A DNA stretch of 64,000 nucleotides, taken from the NCBI GenBank assembly GCA_009103225.1, contig RHPI01001292.1:1-64000 (forward strand), read 5' to 3'. Of the stretch, positions 60,880 through 64,000 are shown piece by piece. Position 1 is the first letter of the stretch; every line of letters begins with the position of its first letter. The translations under genes and the position numbers were made by a program. Origin of the DNA: Chlorokybus atmophyticus (Eukaryota > Plantae > Mesostigma and Chlorokybus algae). A model generated the notes under the pieces. The model had not been told where the DNA came from. It ran no database searches and saw only the letters and a program-made list of their open reading frames with translations.

Positions 60880-61719
60880 TGTATTGGGTGCTGCATGTTG
60901 TGCAAGTATTGTGTATGTTGCCCACCTTGCATGCTGCTGATCTAGCCTATGATCTCTTATACACACCACGCCCTGGTGCTTCGGCGTCCCATGCCAGAGG
61001 CAAGTCGTGGCGCTGGCCCTGGTGGGGTAGCACCCGGCTAACCTATGTTACAGCATAGGTGTGCCCGTGTGATGGATGACCATGTTTGCGTATGAGCACG
61101 GGGGTGGGGATGACTGCATGTGTGTGGCATGTTGTGGTTAGGGGTGCTGGACTGGGAGCACCTTGCACGCATAGGTAGTGTAGATGTTAGAGCCCACCCC
61201 TAGATTCATGACAACGCAAAGAGCGCAAGCGGAGTTCAAGCACGTGGAGAGCACAACCGTCTGCCCATGTTGGAGAGGCACACACAACGACGACTGCAAC
61301 TGCACAAGCTGCGTTATGGCCCAGGGAGTGATGCATGCATGCTACGCGCCAGTAGGCGCAACGCTAATGCACAGCGACGGAGGTTGCGCCAGGGTGGTGA
61401 CCAGTCGGATGGCGGCGGCGGTGGAGGGGATGGAGGCGAGGGGAGCGGGCGTCCACGTTCGCTGTTGGTTGTGAAGATGCTGTGAAGATGCTGGCCGCTG
61501 ACCAAAGGCGCATGCGCAGGCGATTGCTGGACATGCATGTGTTGGTTTGACCAATGGGGTAGGGGCTTAATGTGTTATGTAGAGTAGCTAGCCCGGTGGT
61601 GAATTGCTGGTGTAGAATGTAAGCATGAGATGCCATGTGTTGGGTGCTGCATGTTGTGCGAGTATTGTGTAAGTTGCCCACCTTGCGTGCTGCACATTTA
61701 ACATATGATCTCTATACAC
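60880..61719. repeat. Pair of about 85-bp direct repeats (60880-60964 and 61636-61719)
   Basis: TTGGGTGCTGCATGTTGTGC(A/G)AGTATTGTGTA(T/A)GTTGCCCACCTTGC(A/G)TGCTGC...TATGATCTC..ATACAC in both copies. Confidence 0.85.
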
Positions 61720-61781
61720 TTTAGCTGTGGCTTGGCGGGCTGCCCAATCACGCGATACAGAGAGAACCCCTACTCTGTGTA

Positions 61782-64000
61782 CAGTCAAGCGCCGTCATAA
61801 GTATACCGTCCATGCCGAGCAGTCGTATGCCACTACCAGTAAAATGCAACTACCGACATAAGCATAACTATGACAATAACGGTGCACAGCTACCAATACA
61901 AGCACATATTATGCCGTTATCGGTGCAAGCAGCAAAAGTATGCATTCAACACAAGTTGTGTTGTGTTCGACATTGTCTATGTGTTTTGCACTGCATGTTT
62001 GGGGATGCTGTACGAGAAGATGATACCATTATTCAATGCAGACAAACATGCATCTCATCTATGCACCCACATCCATCTCGTCTTCATCACCACTAGCTAC
62101 ACCATTATTAACTACCAAAAAACTGTCCAAAGTGGTTTGCTACCGTGCACCGCATGATCCGAACATTTGAATGTGGAGGAGCTTGAAGCGCAACTTGCGC
62201 AGCGCCATCTGCTCGACTTTTGTGAAGTTCTCCGCATTTGCAATCACATAAGCCTCCATATGATCAAGCGCATACATGGCCTGACTAAAAGAAACACCTT
62301 TTGGTGCTACATTGTCAAAATCTTCATCATCTGCAACAATGCACATAATGAGCACGACAAATTACGTACTCATGTGAGGTTTAATTGTATTCACCTTCTG
62401 TAATGACCACATCATCATCTATGATGCTGTCCGGCTCGAGCTCCACCCCTACACTAGCAAGGATGGCCTCATCAGTGTCTTCCGGCTCTGTGGGCACATA
62501 AGCATCAGTCTCTACGTACTCTTGCGGTGTTTGCAAGTCATCAGCCGGTATATTAAGCCTGCTCATCAGCTCCCCAAGCTCGTCAAACTCCTGTAGTAAT
62601 CATGCATGGGTGCGTTAGTAACAAGCATTGTGGCGCATGCGCGCATCAGTGCTGCCTCTCATGCATGCTTGTACCAGTGATGGTGCAATTGACGTAGGTC
62701 CTTGCTCATTGGCAGCACGCGCCTCAGCTGCCCATGCTGAAGGGATAATGCGTGTGTGGCGCCAGCAGTTGCGTATGGTTGAGGCAGTAATGTCACCTCA
62801 CGCCTCCCTGCTCCACATGATTGCATCGCGGGCATTGACTAGCACCTTCCTCAAGTCCATTGTAGGGTCTAACTCAAGGTGCTGCAGAATGTGTGATAGC
62901 AGCTTGCGCTTATACCTGTAAACAAGATTGCATAAGCTTCTACTAGGTTTGCGCATAGCTATGTACCACATCTTCGCACTGACTTCACTTTAAAAGCGGC
63001 AATAATGCCCGCATCAAGAGGTTGAACTTTGGAAGTTGTGTTTGCTGGTAGGAACAAATAAGTCAGATGAGAAAGTTCAACTTCAAGGTCTTGAATCCAC
63101 TCTTCGTGCCCGCCACGGCCTTCGCACATTGATGTGTTGATGAGTTGTCTAATAGCAACAGCACTTTGCGCTTTGCTTGCTCCATCTCAAGGTTGAAACC
63201 AATCAACCATGATGTAAACACCTGCCAACAAGCATGGAATATTGCATGCAATGCATGAATGCATAGTGCAGCACCCATGCCAGTACTTGATATAAACACA
63301 CACCTTGCTGTTCATCCACGCTGAGCTATTGTGTGTGTAGTTAACGCCTTTCTGAATGGGCCGCCATGCCATCCAAAGCATTGTGGCTTTGTCGTTGTCC
63401 CCATCAGCAGCAAAGGCCGCTTATCTTCACCTGCAGCATCGCAGCAAAATAGCATTGTAAAGCGAGTGCGCGCCTTTTTCAAGCCTTTCACCTTGTTGCC
63501 AATCTTGGCAAGTGTCTTGCTTGGGCGCAACCGAATGAACAAAGCCGCCTCATCAGTGTTATAGACGTCTTTGGGGTCATACTCGGCCAAAACTGCCATA
63601 ACAAAGCATCAACACATGCCGCACGCATGAGGACTGTGCGTGTGTACTTTGCACTTTACCTTGAGGCAGATCCGTCGATGCTTGCTGCACTCCCTCTTGA
63701 TCAGCATCCCCGTTTTCTCCATGAGGGGTGAAAGACTTAATACTAAAGCGATGCTTCCACCTCCGCAACCAACCGCTTGATACCCCTAATGAATGTGGCA
63801 GCTTCATGAGGCTTGCAAGCACACGCGCTTTCTCCATCACAACCAAGTCTGACATGCGTGCATTACTGCCCATGGCACGCTCAAACCACACATTCATGGC
63901 ATTGTCTAGCTGTGGGTAAAGCCCTAATGCATACGCTTGCATGTGTTTGCTGTGTGCCCTGCTGCGTTTGCACGTTCTATGAGGGCATCACCTGCCTCAA
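61782..64000 (-). mobile_element. pogo/Tigger transposon, near full-length transposase pseudogene with introns; 5' end beyond the window
   Basis: YPQLDNAMNVWFER...SSGWLRRWKHRF; VYNTDEAALF; RFTMLFCCDAAG; LLLLDNSSTH; VQPLDAGIIAAFK; ITASTIRNCWRH. Candidate TIR TA|CAGTCAAGCGCCGTCATAAG at 61782. Confidence 0.93.

Noticed and set aside
57300-61780. Hammerhead ribozyme or selenocysteine read-through associated with the PLE
   Set aside because: No CTGANGA...GAAA core was found by eye; the TGA at 58275-58277 lies among several other stops and frameshifts.

Overview
Eukaryotic, intron-rich sequence (GT-AG introns, GC about 50%). The gene content includes an SH4/ASR3-type trihelix factor, an orthologue of the Arabidopsis PHD protein At3g08020/At3g52100 and a plant-type VOC protein. 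This points to a streptophyte, most plausibly an early-diverging streptophyte alga (inference). The window has four zones. (1) About 1-29.8 kb is a stack of mostly decayed transposons: an OTU-protease pseudogene, an EnSpm/CACTA-like and a Plavaka transposase each with an accessory gene, a chromovirus-type Ty3/gypsy in pol-LTR-gag order with a pogo MITE inside RT, a SET-domain gene and a pogo/Tigger element. It also holds a 616-bp (CA)n tract and an N gap. (2) About 31.3-44.1 kb is a compact host gene island: TAF13, trihelix, an unknown gene, PHD-Tudor and MscS-like. (3) 44.6-49.6 kb is a TA-flanked pogo-like element containing a chimeric LTR retroelement. (4) About 50-57 kb holds host genes (ABHD10-like hydrolase, glyoxalase/VOC, SNF5/BSH), followed by a Naiad/Chlamys-type Penelope-like element and another pogo. 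The most interesting structure is 45287-48317. A short non-coding LTR element with a tRNA-like Pol III promoter is fused by microhomology to a chromovirus RNase H-integrase-chromodomain half. The two different LTR ends share TGTAACGGGA termini and the same PPT, and are flanked by one 5-bp TSD (CTACC). All calls are by eye from translation and motifs; no database searches were run and many TE gene boundaries are approximate.
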